Sequence record: SRR20825019_1726
Length of the DNA: 55,932 bases
Strand: one strand, 5' to 3'
Shown: positions 28,705-38,888 of the stretch, in pieces
Layout of the letters: the number at the start of each line of letters is the position of its first letter
How positions within the stretch are numbered: position 1 is the first letter of the stretch
Position numbers and translations under genes: made by a program
Notes under the pieces: generated by a model
Told to the model about the DNA's origin: nothing
Database searches by the model: none
The model's input: only the letters and a program-made list of their open reading frames with translations

Positions 28705-29964
28705 TCAAACGGGGTTGGTATCGCGCCCGTCCTCGCCCATCGGTGCGAGGGTGCGCATCAAAATAGGCGCGGGCAAAACAATGAGTACAAGGGCGAAGGT
28801 AACGGCAGCAAGCCCCATTTCGATGAAGGGTGCAACAATGGCTGTGCCAGCGGCCGCCAGCATCATCGTCCACAATATAATAAGCGCAGAAGCCCGGTCG
28901 TCATCACCGTGGGTGGCAGCCAGCGCGCGCACAAAGCCGGGCCCGCTTCTGATGCCGTGGCCAAGGTTGAGTATCCAGAACATATAAGCCAGATGGTGCG
29001 GGTCGTTGGCGCCAAAGAGCGCATAGCCAAACAGTACCAGCGTACCGAAGAGCGAGATATCTGTGCCTGCGGAAATCACCGCCTCGTTGCCAAACCGCTT
29101 CACCAGGCTGCCATTTGCGTTTGCTGATACAATGAACAGGCACACCCCCACAAATTGCATGAGAATGAAGTCTTCAATCACGCCGTCCATGGTTTTGATC
29201 ACAACAGCGGGCACAGAGAAGACGAACACCAGAAGCCCGCCCAGAATAAGCGCGTGGCTTACGGCGTACCGCAGGAAGGTTTTGTTGCGCATCACCCGCA
29301 TATAGCTTGAGGTTGTGTCTCCCTTCTTTTGCCCGATGTGGGGGAGAAGGGACGGGATAAGGAAAACAATCAGGCAAATCGCCAGCACCAGCGTACCGGT
29401 GATGGAGAAAGACGCTTCCCAGCCATATTCCTTGAAAAGCCACGCCCCTGCGATGGGCGCCAGGCCAGGCACGAGCGATTCTATACTGCCCATGGCGCTG
29501 ACAGCGCGGATGGCACCAATTTCGGAAAACAGTGCGCGAATAAGGCCGGGGGCCAGTACGGCCCCGCCGCTTGCGGCTGCGCCCTGGAAGAAGCGGATGA
29601 TATTCAGCACATGGATGTTGTCTGTCATCGTTGCCATAAGCGACAGCGCACCAAACGCAGCCAGCGAGGCAATGAAAAGCCGCCGCCTGCCAAAATGGGC
29701 CGACAGGGAACCAAACATCAAAAGTCCCACACTCATACCCGCCACATAACTCGCAAGCACAAGCTGTGCGTTCTCGATATTGGTGCCAAAAATAGCGGGT
29801 AGTTGCGGCACGGCAGGCAGCACAAGGTCAATGCCAGACAGGCCCAGCACGGTGCCCGCAACAATGGTCAGGAAAGCCGCAATTACGCGCGGCTGTGGGC
29901 CTTCATCAGGCCCGGAAGACGGCGCAGACGGTGGTGCAGGTGGATGTTGAAGCTGATCGTGCAT
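28705..29964 (-). CDS. MFS transporter, Bcr/CflA-like
   Basis: IDLVLPAVP, HFGRRR, RFFQG, about 12 hydrophobic segments. Confidence 0.9.
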   Translation of the reverse strand: MHDQLQHPPAPPSAPSSGPDEGPQPRVIAAFLTIVAGTVLGLSGIDLVLPAVPQLPAIFGTNIENAQLVLASYVAGMSVGLLMFGSLSAHFGRRRLFIASLAAFGALSLMATMTDNIHVLNIIRFFQGAAASGGAVLAPGLIRALFSEIGAIRAVSAMGSIESLVPGLAPIAGAWLFKEYGWEASFSITGTLVLAICLIVFLIPSLLPHIGQKKGDTTSSYMRVMRNKTFLRYAVSHALILGGLLVFVFSVPAVVIKTMDGVIEDFILMQFVGVCLFIVSANANGSLVKRFGNEAVISAGTDISLFGTLVLFGYALFGANDPHHLAYMFWILNLGHGIRSGPGFVRALAATHGDDDRASALIILWTMMLAAAGTAIVAPFIEMGLAAVTFALVLIVLPAPILMRTLAPMGEDGRDTNPV

Positions 29965-30033
29965 GGCGGACCCTTATTTTGGGCCACCGTTTCCCAAAAC
30001 GCCCTATGGGTCAAGGCAAAAGGTTTTTCGCGC

Positions 30034-30732
30034 CTATGCCTTTTGGTTATGGGCTGACGCTTCCCGCCACAGCCATAAAGCCAGCGCAAGGCGGACCGCG
30101 ATTTGTAAGGGGCCATACACATAACCGTACCATGCTCCGACAAGGCTACCTGCCGCTATAAGGCCCGCGTAGTAAGACAGGAAAGATACAAGGCTCATGA
30201 TGCCGATTGCGATCATGCCGTAGCGCAGGAACATATTGAGCGGGTCGCGCTGTGTGAAAGCGAACCCAAAGAGCAAGGTGCCAACGCCGAAGGCGAAAAT
30301 CACGACAAAATACTGGCTGTCAGAGATGCCGCGCATGCCGGTTATCAGTGTTCGCCAAAGCTCGCGGCTTTCACCTTCCGCAGCCAGATAGGCTGGCCGC
30401 CACATCTGATTGAGCGCATCGATGATATAGGCTTGCTGGCTTACTTCCGTAAAAGCCCAAAGACCAAGGTAGAAAAGGGTTGCCACCATCAGGAAAGCAC
30501 GGTCTCGAAACATGGTAATGCCTACGGCCAGTGCGGCCAGAAAAGCAAACTGGGGATGCAGGAACAGGACCCATTTTTTATAAAGATAAAGACCGTTGTT
30601 ATGCAGGCTCTGCGCGGCATCGAAGCCATCTGTTGCAGGCGCATTGGGGCCATACATTAGGATTGCGGTGGTGAGCGCAGAGAGGGCCGACAGGGTCGCC
30701 CCGGCGCGCAGATATGAAGTATGTGATTTCAT
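30034..30732 (-). CDS. Hypothetical multi-pass membrane protein
   Basis: About 6 TM segments, AGGGAG SD. Confidence 0.75.
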   Translation of the reverse strand: MKSHTSYLRAGATLSALSALTTAILMYGPNAPATDGFDAAQSLHNNGLYLYKKWVLFLHPQFAFLAALAVGITMFRDRAFLMVATLFYLGLWAFTEVSQQAYIIDALNQMWRPAYLAAEGESRELWRTLITGMRGISDSQYFVVIFAFGVGTLLFGFAFTQRDPLNMFLRYGMIAIGIMSLVSFLSYYAGLIAAGSLVGAWYGYVYGPLQIAVRLALALWLWREASAHNQKA

Positions 30733-30777
30733 AACATCTCCCCTTATGGCTACTTAACACCAAAGATGATGGGGAGA

Positions 30778-31737
30778 TCAAGCCAGAAGCGTGCGTGCAC
30801 CAAGCATATGCGCGCCGGGAGCTTCTTTCAGTTCTGTTGGTTTCAGGTAACCATTGCGCACAATGCATTCATGGAACTGGTCCACAAGCTCGGCGATGGT
30901 TTCCGGCGCCTCAATCTGCGGGAAGTGGCCAATGCCAGGCAAGCGCACGACCTTCACATGCGGCAGGGTTTTCTCAAACGCATCGGCTGCGTGCGCGCCT
31001 GATACCGGGTCTTCCACTCCATTGATGAGCATCATGGGGATTTGCGCTTCCTTGAGCGCGCCAACCCAGCGGTCGGCATGCTCAACACGTTCCGCCATAT
31101 AGCGGATGCGGCGTGCCAGCGCACTGCGACCGTTCACGCCCACCATGGCAGGCCAGAATTCGTCAAGCGAAACACCGGTTGGTTTGGTGTCGGGGCCAAA
31201 AACCTCCGTAAAGCCACGCAGCATGGAGGATTTGCCCGAAAGATGCGAGATCAATGGCCCGAACGGCCCGGCCAGCAGCTTCTGCACCTTGCGAGGGCGA
31301 TGTTGGGACGGTAGCATGCCACCGTTGAGGAACAGCGCACTTCTGATGCGGAAAGAAAGTGAGCTTTCATTATGACGCGCGATCAGTTCTTGCGCGACGG
31401 TGTCGCCCACGTCATGCGCGAGGATGTGCACTTCATCAATGCCGCGATGCGCCATCAGGGCCTCAAGCATGTCGGCCTGATCCATGATCGAGCAGGGTTT
31501 CCTGAGACTATTGAGCGTGCGGCCATAATCCAGAAGGTCAGGCACGATGGTATGGAAGTTTTTTACAAGGCTCGGGGATATCCAGCACCAGTCCCACCCG
31601 CAGGTAGGGAAGCCGTGGATTGTGAGCAGCACTTCACCATTGCCGCCACGCTGGTAAAATACGTGGTGGTCGTTCCACTCGAAATATTTTCCGCACTGTC
31701 CCCATTTTTCATAGGTGATGGGTGGCCTGGTGATCAT
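30778..31737 (-). CDS. Alpha/beta hydrolase (epoxide hydrolase/MEST-like)
   Basis: HGFP, AHDVG (Asp nucleophile), GHFPQIE. Confidence 0.9.
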   Translation of the reverse strand: MITRPPITYEKWGQCGKYFEWNDHHVFYQRGGNGEVLLTIHGFPTCGWDWCWISPSLVKNFHTIVPDLLDYGRTLNSLRKPCSIMDQADMLEALMAHRGIDEVHILAHDVGDTVAQELIARHNESSLSFRIRSALFLNGGMLPSQHRPRKVQKLLAGPFGPLISHLSGKSSMLRGFTEVFGPDTKPTGVSLDEFWPAMVGVNGRSALARRIRYMAERVEHADRWVGALKEAQIPMMLINGVEDPVSGAHAADAFEKTLPHVKVVRLPGIGHFPQIEAPETIAELVDQFHECIVRNGYLKPTELKEAPGAHMLGARTLLA

Positions 31738-31766
31738 AAAATACCCACGTTGTTATACGGACGGTC

Positions 31767-32060
31767 TTAACGTTTGCGTCCGCGTCCCCCTTTAGGTTCG
31801 GTCTTGCGGTAAAAATCAGGTGGCTTCCCCCGAAGCCATGCAACAAAGCGTCTGATCTCTTCCACCGACCGAAGAGCCTCGATAGTGGCATAGTGTTTTG
31901 CCAGCTCTTTTTCGTTAAATAGGGCGTGAACCTTCCTGTGGCAAATAGGATGTAACGGAACTGTCACACGGCCGCCCTCTGACTTCGGGATAAGATGATG
32001 CATCTCAACAGCTTTCCCGATTTCGCGACCACATAACACACATGTGATTTTCTTTTCCAT
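31767..32060 (-). CDS. Small HNH endonuclease family protein
   Basis: CVLCGR..HHLIPKSEGG...LHPICHRKVH. Confidence 0.85.
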   Translation of the reverse strand: MEKKITCVLCGREIGKAVEMHHLIPKSEGGRVTVPLHPICHRKVHALFNEKELAKHYATIEALRSVEEIRRFVAWLRGKPPDFYRKTEPKGGRGRKR

Positions 32061-32155
32061 AGGTTTCAAAATTTATATGGAGGCAGGTTTCGTCAAGCAC
32101 TTGTCTGAGAAATGAACAACGCCTAGGCTGTGGGGCCTAACAGGTCGGGGGTGAA

Positions 32156-33388
32156 ATGCCAGTATATTCTAATTATGTCAGCCATCTTGAATGTGGCCTG
32201 ACCGGTGAGAGTGATTATAAGCCTGCAACATTGCACGGCCTTTCCCGCGCGGGGCGCCCGCTTTTGGTGCGCTACGACCTTGCGGCCATGCGGGGGAAGC
32301 TTGACCGCGATGAGATATGGGCACGGCCCGGTGGTTTCTGGAAATGGCGTGAGCTTTTGCCGGTACGGAACAGTGAAAATGTTATCGCCCTTGGGGAAGA
32401 TGACACCCCGCTGATTGCCTGCGCGGCACTCGCGAGCAATTTGGGCGTGAGCGGAGAAATTCTCATCAAGGATGAAGGACGTTTGCCCACTGGCAGTTTC
32501 AAGGCACGGGGGCTTGCGCTGGCGGTTTCCATGGCGAAGGAGCTTGGGCTTAAGCGCCTTGCCATGCCCACAAACGGCAATGCGGGGTCTGCCATGGCGG
32601 CCTATGCCACGCGGGCGGGGATGGAGAGTTATATCTTCTGTCCCGATGACACACCGGACGTGAACGTGCAGGAAATTGCACTTCAGGGCGGCAAGGTCTG
32701 GCGTGTGAATGGCCTGATTAATGACTGCGGCAAGATCGTGGGCGAAGGCAAGGACGCCATGGGCTGGTTTGACCTTTCAACCCTCAAGGAGCCATACCGG
32801 ATTGAAGGCAAAAAAACCATGGGACTTGAGCTTGTGGCCCAACTTGGCTGGGACGTGCCAGATGTTATTTTCTACCCAACCGGCGGCGGCACTGGCCTTA
32901 TTGGCATGTGGAAAGCTTTCGCCGAGATGGAGGCGCTGGGTTGGATTGGTGCAAAACGCCCGCGCATGGTGGCGGTGCAGGCCACCGGCTGCGCACCTAT
33001 CGTGAAAGCCTATGAAGACGGTGAGCGCCACGCGGCGCTGTGGCAGGACGCCCATACCTGCGCGAGCGGTATACGCGTGCCTGTCGCGGTGGGTGATTTC
33101 CTTATTCTGGATGCAGTGCGGGACAGTGGCGGTTTTGCAATCGCGGTAGATGACGACAAGATTGAAGCGGCGCGAATGGAAATTGGCGCCCGAGAGGGTG
33201 TGCTGGTTTGCCCTGAGGGCGCCGCGACCTATGCTGCATACAAGCAGGCACTATCTGATGGCCGTGTGGGAGCGGGCGACCGGGTGGTGCTGTTTAACTG
33301 TGGCAACGGGCTGAAGTATGACATGCCCGACATTGCGGCCAGCCTGAACAGGCATGAGCCGATCAATTATAACGATTTGAAAAAATAG
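32156..33388 (+). CDS. thrC: Threonine synthase-like PLP enzyme (fold type II)
   Basis: LGEDDTPL, KDEGRLPTGSFKARG, EGKKT, PTGGGTG. Confidence 0.75.
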   Translation: MPVYSNYVSHLECGLTGESDYKPATLHGLSRAGRPLLVRYDLAAMRGKLDRDEIWARPGGFWKWRELLPVRNSENVIALGEDDTPLIACAALASNLGVSGEILIKDEGRLPTGSFKARGLALAVSMAKELGLKRLAMPTNGNAGSAMAAYATRAGMESYIFCPDDTPDVNVQEIALQGGKVWRVNGLINDCGKIVGEGKDAMGWFDLSTLKEPYRIEGKKTMGLELVAQLGWDVPDVIFYPTGGGTGLIGMWKAFAEMEALGWIGAKRPRMVAVQATGCAPIVKAYEDGERHAALWQDAHTCASGIRVPVAVGDFLILDAVRDSGGFAIAVDDDKIEAARMEIGAREGVLVCPEGAATYAAYKQALSDGRVGAGDRVVLFNCGNGLKYDMPDIAASLNRHEPINYNDLKK

Positions 33389-33397
33389 GGGACAGAA

Positions 33398-36019
33398 ATG
33401 CGAGCACGACTGTTGAAGCTGGCAGCTGCACTTGGCATGGGGGCGATGGCGTTTGCAATGCCTTTGAAAGCCGAACCGCTGGATTATTTCCTGGTGCCGG
33501 GCGTGGAGTACGACCAGGGCATCGTGAAGCCTGAAGAAGTGTTTGGGCATGGTGTTGGCGACCAGCCAGTGCGCCATGACCTGATGGTTTCTTATATGCG
33601 CGAGGTGGTGGAACAAAGCCCGCGCATGACGGTGGAAACAATCGGCTACAGCCACGAGCATCGGCCGATTTTGTTTATCACTGTCTCCAGCCCTGAAAAC
33701 CTCGCTCGTATTGATGAGATCCGCGCGAACCACATTAAACGCTCAAACCCCGCGACGGCCGATCAGGCATCTGACGACCTGCCGGTGGTGACATGGCTGA
33801 ACTACGGCGTGCACGGTGCGGAATCGAGCGGTATGGACGCGGCGATCCCTGCGCTTTACCACCTTGCTGCCGCGCAAGGTCCAGAGATGGAAGAAACACT
33901 TGAAAACAGCGTGATCCTGATCACCGCTGTCTTTAACCCGGACGGGCATGCCCGTCGCGGCGCATGGGTAACGCAGTATGGCTCAGACATTCGTGCGCTT
34001 GACCCGGCGCATGAGGTGCATAACCAGGTTTGGCCGGGCGGGCGCACCAATCACTATTGGTTTGACCTTAACCGCCAGTGGCTGTTGCAGACCCAGCCTG
34101 AAAGCCAGGCGTGGCTTGCCAAATGGCATGAATGGAAGCCCGAGGTTTCAGGTGACTTCCACGAGATGGGCGGCAACAGTACCTATTATTTCCACCCCGG
34201 TGTGCCAACACGCAAACACCCGTTGATCCCTGCGAAGGGCCGCGAGTTGCTGGTTGAGATCGCAAACTATCACCGCGCGGCGCTTGATAAAGCGGGCACG
34301 CTCTATTTCTCGGAAGAAGGGTTTGACAACTATTATGTGGGCAAGGGCTCAACCTACCCACAGATCAACGGATCGCTTGGCATTCTTTATGAAGCCGGGG
34401 CCCAGATGGGGATCGCGCGCGAAAGTGACCAGGGCATCAAAACCTATGCCGACAATGTGCTGAAACACTTCCGCACAAGCCTGTCCACCATCAAGGGTGC
34501 AGCGGCGATGCGCACCAAACTGCATGCCTATCAGCGCGAGTTTTATGCGAACGTTGCGGGTTTTGTGAAAGACGATGACGTGAAGGGGTATGTGTTCCAG
34601 GCGCCCGAGGACCCGGTGCGGCTGAACATGTTCTTGACGTTCCTGTCGCGTCACCGCGTTCTGGCATACAAGCTTGAGGGCGACGTAAAGGCTGAAGGCC
34701 GCACCTTTGGTGCTGGCGCTTATATTGTGCCGATGGACCAGCCACAATACCGCATGGCAAAAGCGCTTTTTGGTAAGATCACCGAGTTCCCGGACAAGGT
34801 ATTCTATGATGTATCTGGCTGGACGCTGCCTGCCGCGTACGGGCTTGATTATGCGGCGGTGACCGGTAGCCTGCGCGGTAAACTGGGCGCTGTGGCCGAT
34901 GGTAGCGAAAAACGTTCGCTCGTTTCCCCTGGTGAAGCGCCATACGCCTATGTGTTCCGCTGGTCGGACTATTATGCGCCGCGGGCTGTGGCACGCCTTT
35001 TGGATGCAGGTGTGATGGCCCGTGTTGCGAAGGAACCGATTGAGGTGCAGACCACACGCGGTGTGGTGAAGTTTGGCCGGGGTGCGGTGATCGTTGCCAA
35101 CGACCTGCAAACAGTGCCGCGCGCAAGCATCCACGCCATGATGCAGCAAATGACGGAAGAAGACGGCATTGAAGTGTTCGCTGCCACATCCGGCCACACG
35201 CTCAATGTGGGTGCTGACCTTGGTGGCCGCAATTCTGTCGCTGACCTCAAGCCTGTGAAGCCGCTTCTGGTGGTGGGTGGCCGTTTGTCATCTTATGACG
35301 CGGGTGAGGTATGGCACCTTCTTGACCACAAGATGAAAATGCCTGTCACCCTCGTGCGCGAAGACCGGCTCAGCGGGATAAACCTGAACCGTTACACGCA
35401 TCTCATCCTCGTGGGTGGGCGTTCAGGCTTGCCAAAAGGCATGGTGGATGATGTCAAGGCCTGGATCAAAGCAGGCGGTACGGTGGTTGCAAGCCGTCAG
35501 GGCGCCAAATGGGCGGCCGAGAACCTGACAGCAGACAAGGATGAAAAGCAGAAGGACGACAAGGACAACAAGACGCCTGAGCGGCTTTCCTATGCCCAGA
35601 AAGGCCAGAAGGACGCAGAAGATGTGATCGGTGGTGCGGTGTTCGAAAGCGACCTGGATATCACTCATCCGCTTGGGTTCGGGCTGGTGCGCCGCAGTAT
35701 GGCCACCAACAAGAACACCACGTTTGTCCTGCCGGTGCCAAAAGACCCCTATGCGCAGGTCGCGGTTTACACGGATAGCCCGCTCATCAGTGGCTATTCG
35801 TCTGACCGTCGCTTGAATGAGCTGAAGGGTACACCGATGCTGACGGCGGAACGCATGGGCGACGGTGCCGTTATTTTGTTCGCAGATGACCCGAATTTCC
35901 GCGCGACATATCTGGGTTCAGAGCGTTTGTTCCTGAACGCCTTGTTCCTCTCCGGCGCGTTTGACCGCTCTTACGCGGATGACGAGGCGGACGAACAAGC
36001 CGAAGCGATGGAAGAGTAA
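33398..36019 (+). CDS. Secreted M14 zinc carboxypeptidase
   Basis: Signal peptide, HGAE, NPDG, DLNR, DFHE. Confidence 0.92.
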   Translation: MRARLLKLAAALGMGAMAFAMPLKAEPLDYFLVPGVEYDQGIVKPEEVFGHGVGDQPVRHDLMVSYMREVVEQSPRMTVETIGYSHEHRPILFITVSSPENLARIDEIRANHIKRSNPATADQASDDLPVVTWLNYGVHGAESSGMDAAIPALYHLAAAQGPEMEETLENSVILITAVFNPDGHARRGAWVTQYGSDIRALDPAHEVHNQVWPGGRTNHYWFDLNRQWLLQTQPESQAWLAKWHEWKPEVSGDFHEMGGNSTYYFHPGVPTRKHPLIPAKGRELLVEIANYHRAALDKAGTLYFSEEGFDNYYVGKGSTYPQINGSLGILYEAGAQMGIARESDQGIKTYADNVLKHFRTSLSTIKGAAAMRTKLHAYQREFYANVAGFVKDDDVKGYVFQAPEDPVRLNMFLTFLSRHRVLAYKLEGDVKAEGRTFGAGAYIVPMDQPQYRMAKALFGKITEFPDKVFYDVSGWTLPAAYGLDYAAVTGSLRGKLGAVADGSEKRSLVSPGEAPYAYVFRWSDYYAPRAVARLLDAGVMARVAKEPIEVQTTRGVVKFGRGAVIVANDLQTVPRASIHAMMQQMTEEDGIEVFAATSGHTLNVGADLGGRNSVADLKPVKPLLVVGGRLSSYDAGEVWHLLDHKMKMPVTLVREDRLSGINLNRYTHLILVGGRSGLPKGMVDDVKAWIKAGGTVVASRQGAKWAAENLTADKDEKQKDDKDNKTPERLSYAQKGQKDAEDVIGGAVFESDLDITHPLGFGLVRRSMATNKNTTFVLPVPKDPYAQVAVYTDSPLISGYSSDRRLNELKGTPMLTAERMGDGAVILFADDPNFRATYLGSERLFLNALFLSGAFDRSYADDEADEQAEAMEE

Positions 36020-36027
36020 ATAAAATA

Positions 36028-36053
36028 AGCCGGGTCACGTCTGTGGCCCGGCT
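36028..36053. terminator. Hairpin between convergent genes
   Basis: agccgggtcac/gtggcccggct, preceded by an A-rich run. Confidence 0.7.
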
Positions 36054-36075
36054 CTCCCTAAGCGATTAAGCGCTT

Positions 36076-36687
36076 CTAGAACAAGCGCGCCAGCAGTGCA
36101 TCTTTGTTATCGGCGTTATGTTCGATGCCAGACGCGCGCCGCACCTCAAATTCTGATAGATGTTCTGCGGGCAGAAACGCTTGCAGCTTTTCAGTATTCT
36201 CGAATGCAAATGCAGTGAAGCAAACCTGCTTTGACGCATTCGGTGCGAGCTGGATATCGATCTTGCCTGAGCCGCCGTGTGTGTCGGTAATGTCATTCTC
36301 GGCATCCACCTCAAGCGAGAAAAAATAGTCATTGCCTGACCGGTTGGTGACAACAGCCTGAACCGCGCGGGTCAACCGACTATGTGGCGAATGTGCGCAA
36401 GCATGGCCCGGCATAAACCCTGTGATCTCGATATCAATGGGCGGACCCTCATATAGTTTCGCCAGATGCTGGGTGCAACGCTCGCGCCTCACACCTTCAG
36501 CCTCATCGCTGCCACGCTGCACACATTTTTGCCAGCCCCTCATCGTGCCATAGTCGCGAGAGTTGGTGATATAGCCGTATTCGGGGTTTTGCTGACCATC
36601 GGCGAAAAACGGTAGAACGGCTTCGATCGCCGCTGTGCCTACAAGCAGCGAAACTACCAGGCTTATCTGTATGATTGACTTCATCAT
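36076..36687 (-). CDS. Hypothetical protein with N-terminal anchor/signal
   Basis: ATG after GGGGA, hydrophobic N-terminus, 4 Cys, no recognised family. Confidence 0.65.
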   Translation of the reverse strand: MMKSIIQISLVVSLLVGTAAIEAVLPFFADGQQNPEYGYITNSRDYGTMRGWQKCVQRGSDEAEGVRRERCTQHLAKLYEGPPIDIEITGFMPGHACAHSPHSRLTRAVQAVVTNRSGNDYFFSLEVDAENDITDTHGGSGKIDIQLAPNASKQVCFTAFAFENTEKLQAFLPAEHLSEFEVRRASGIEHNADNKDALLARLF

Positions 36688-36757
36688 CGTGTCCCCCAAG
36701 GTCCAGACCGGGGAACTTTAAGGACAAAAGCGTTTACCAAACATTAAAGCTGCAATT

Positions 36758-37633
36758 TTACAGAATGCCCTGCGCCTTGAGGTGATCAACATAGCTGCGC
36801 GATACCGGCACTTCATGGTCATTCTTCAGCTTCAGCAGTATGCGCCTACCGTCGCGCCTGGCCTCGCTGATAGCATCCAGCGCCACCCAGTGAGACCGAT
36901 GAACCTGAAGGCCAGGGTAATCGTCCAGCTCAACAGCTGCGTCCTTGAGCCGCATCAGGATAAGCTGGTCTCCCTTTGTGGTGAAGGCCCGCAGGTAGTG
37001 ATCTTCCATCGACAGGCATAATAGCTCATCCCCCAGATTGGGCGCGAGCCGTTTGAGGAAGTTCTGTCCTGCCGTATGGGGAGCTTGAGTTGGTGCAGGC
37101 GTGGCGGCTTCACCAGGTTTCTGGACCGCCTTGTGGATCATGCTGATCGCGCCAATAAGCACGGCGGTGAGCACAAACACTTGCCCAAACCACTCAACAT
37201 AATCCCACGCACCAACGTATCTGAGAAACTCAAGGCTATAATCCCAGGTAACGCCGTAAGGGCTGGCGAGATAAATCTCATTGAATATCACGAATGGAAA
37301 AATGCCCACTGACATGGCAAACGCAAAGACGATGAAGCCAAGCAAAGGGTTAAAACCAGCCCTGATCATGGGCGGAAACATGCCTCGCGCCAAAGGTCCG
37401 CTCATTAGTGATGAGATCAGGATCAGGCTGAGCCAGTACAGGTGCCGGGCGAATGCCTGCGGCAGGTTATAGCTGTCAAACGGGCCGATTAGCCCGAGCA
37501 CAACACCAGCGGTAGCCATGTAGAGCGTCTTGCGAAGCTCATTCTGGATCGTGGGTTTGCCCCAAAATTCTTTTAAGTCGTTTAGTGTCACAGTGGTTCC
37601 TGAAAACACATTTATCCTCGATGCGAATTGCAT
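36758..37633 (-). CDS. Membrane-anchored LytTR transcriptional regulator
   Basis: Four N-terminal TM segments; EDHY.R, QVHRSHWV, VPVSRSY. Confidence 0.92.
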   Translation of the reverse strand: MQFASRINVFSGTTVTLNDLKEFWGKPTIQNELRKTLYMATAGVVLGLIGPFDSYNLPQAFARHLYWLSLILISSLMSGPLARGMFPPMIRAGFNPLLGFIVFAFAMSVGIFPFVIFNEIYLASPYGVTWDYSLEFLRYVGAWDYVEWFGQVFVLTAVLIGAISMIHKAVQKPGEAATPAPTQAPHTAGQNFLKRLAPNLGDELLCLSMEDHYLRAFTTKGDQLILMRLKDAAVELDDYPGLQVHRSHWVALDAISEARRDGRRILLKLKNDHEVPVSRSYVDHLKAQGIL

Positions 37634-37684
37634 CTTAGCGGCGGCGTGCTCTCAATCAAGCTTCCCGAGCACAATCCGGGATCA

Positions 37685-37754
37685 TTCACGAAGCGTGAAT
37701 TGCGCATTGGCGGGTTGCTGGCGTTTTCGCGAAGAAAAACAGCCGTTTTACGCA
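37685..37754 (+). promoter_or_regulatory. Putative LytTR direct repeats
   Basis: ttcacgaa 37685, ttcgcgaa 37726, tttacgca 37747 (spacings 41 and 21 bp). Confidence 0.5.
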
Positions 37755-37837
37755 TGCTGGTTTGATCGCAGGCGGGCCTTGCCTCATTCATTGTTGGCCG
37801 ATCTGGAGATTATGAACAATAAAGGCAGGTGTGATTT

Positions 37838-37948
37838 ATGCGGCACGAAAAATATTATCTGTTTTGTGTGTTGCTGGCACTTGTTGCGGTTGCAGGGTTT
37901 ATATCTGCGCTCATACTCGGTGGGCTTGCGCGCGCTGCACTCTCCTGA
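37838..37948 (+). CDS. Candidate 36-aa single-TM small protein
   Basis: MRHEKYYLFCVLLALVAVAGFISALILGGLARAALS with AGGCAGGTG upstream; below the ORF-track cutoff. Confidence 0.5.
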   Translation: MRHEKYYLFCVLLALVAVAGFISALILGGLARAALS

Positions 37949-38043
37949 TGGCTGAACCAATTATTTAATAGAACCGTATCAAGAAAAAGTTCTCCCGCAT
38001 TAGAGGCCAAAACGGCCTTAAGGGACAAGGAGCATAGATAGTC

Positions 38044-38802
38044 ATGACAGTATGGAAATTAGGAGCGGCATTTGTTGTGTCCTCTTGCATCACGGCGGCG
38101 GCTGCGGCACAGGACGGCCCGCCGAAATGGACGGTGGGCGGCATAGGGCTTTTTTATGAAAGCCCGTTTGAAGCGGAAGATTCGAGCTACAACGCTTTCC
38201 CTTATGTGGCTTATAGAGGGGAGCGCTTTTACCTTGAGGGGCTGGAGCTTGGCTATCGTCTGCTGCCGCAACCCGGCAACCCTGATGACCTGCATCTATC
38301 GTTTGACCTGATCGCGTCCGCACGCATGTTGCCGGGTTCAAGCCGGGATAAGGTCACCGCAGACGTGGGCGCACGGCTTGGCCTTCATGGCAGCTTCGGT
38401 TCTCTCAGTGCCGAGATACTACAGGACGTGACAGACACCCATAACGGCCAGGAAGTCAGTGTTGGTTATAGCTACACCTTCCATTCAGACAAGTTGATGG
38501 TCACGCCAGGCATCAAAGCCACATGGCAAAGCAGCAAACTTGCGAACCATATGTGGGGGGTAACAGAAAAACAGCGCGCTAAAATGCTGGAAAAGGGCGA
38601 CCCTCTGTTGCCGCTCTATAGCTTGTCGGATGACGTGATCAATTATTCTGCTGAGCTTATGGCCCTGTATTCCATTGATGATCATTGGTCGGTCATCGCG
38701 TTTGGAAACGCCTCATATCTCGATAAAAAGGTGCGGGCAAACCCCGGTATCACCAAAAAGTATGACCTGACCATCGGATTAGGCGTGGCCTATAATTTTT
38801 AG
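38044..38802 (+). CDS. MipA/OmpV family outer-membrane protein
   Basis: Signal peptide, P...Y.GERFY, D....HNG, amphipathic strands, C-terminal YNF. Confidence 0.88.
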   Translation: MTVWKLGAAFVVSSCITAAAAAQDGPPKWTVGGIGLFYESPFEAEDSSYNAFPYVAYRGERFYLEGLELGYRLLPQPGNPDDLHLSFDLIASARMLPGSSRDKVTADVGARLGLHGSFGSLSAEILQDVTDTHNGQEVSVGYSYTFHSDKLMVTPGIKATWQSSKLANHMWGVTEKQRAKMLEKGDPLLPLYSLSDDVINYSAELMALYSIDDHWSVIAFGNASYLDKKVRANPGITKKYDLTIGLGVAYNF

Positions 38803-38854
38803 GCCATTGTCGCCGACGAGCCCCCGCGGGCCACTCCTCCTCTTGTGCTCGCTG

Positions 38855-38884
38855 ATAGCCTCGGTCGTTTTCGACTGAGGCTAT
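38855..38884. terminator. Hairpin between convergent genes
   Basis: atagcctcggtcg-tttt-cgactgaggctat. Confidence 0.75.
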
Positions 38885-38888
38885 TACC

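Noticed and set aside
31767-32060. HNH gene as a mobile homing or defence element
   Set aside because: Small stand-alone HNH type with no intron, repeats or partner genes.
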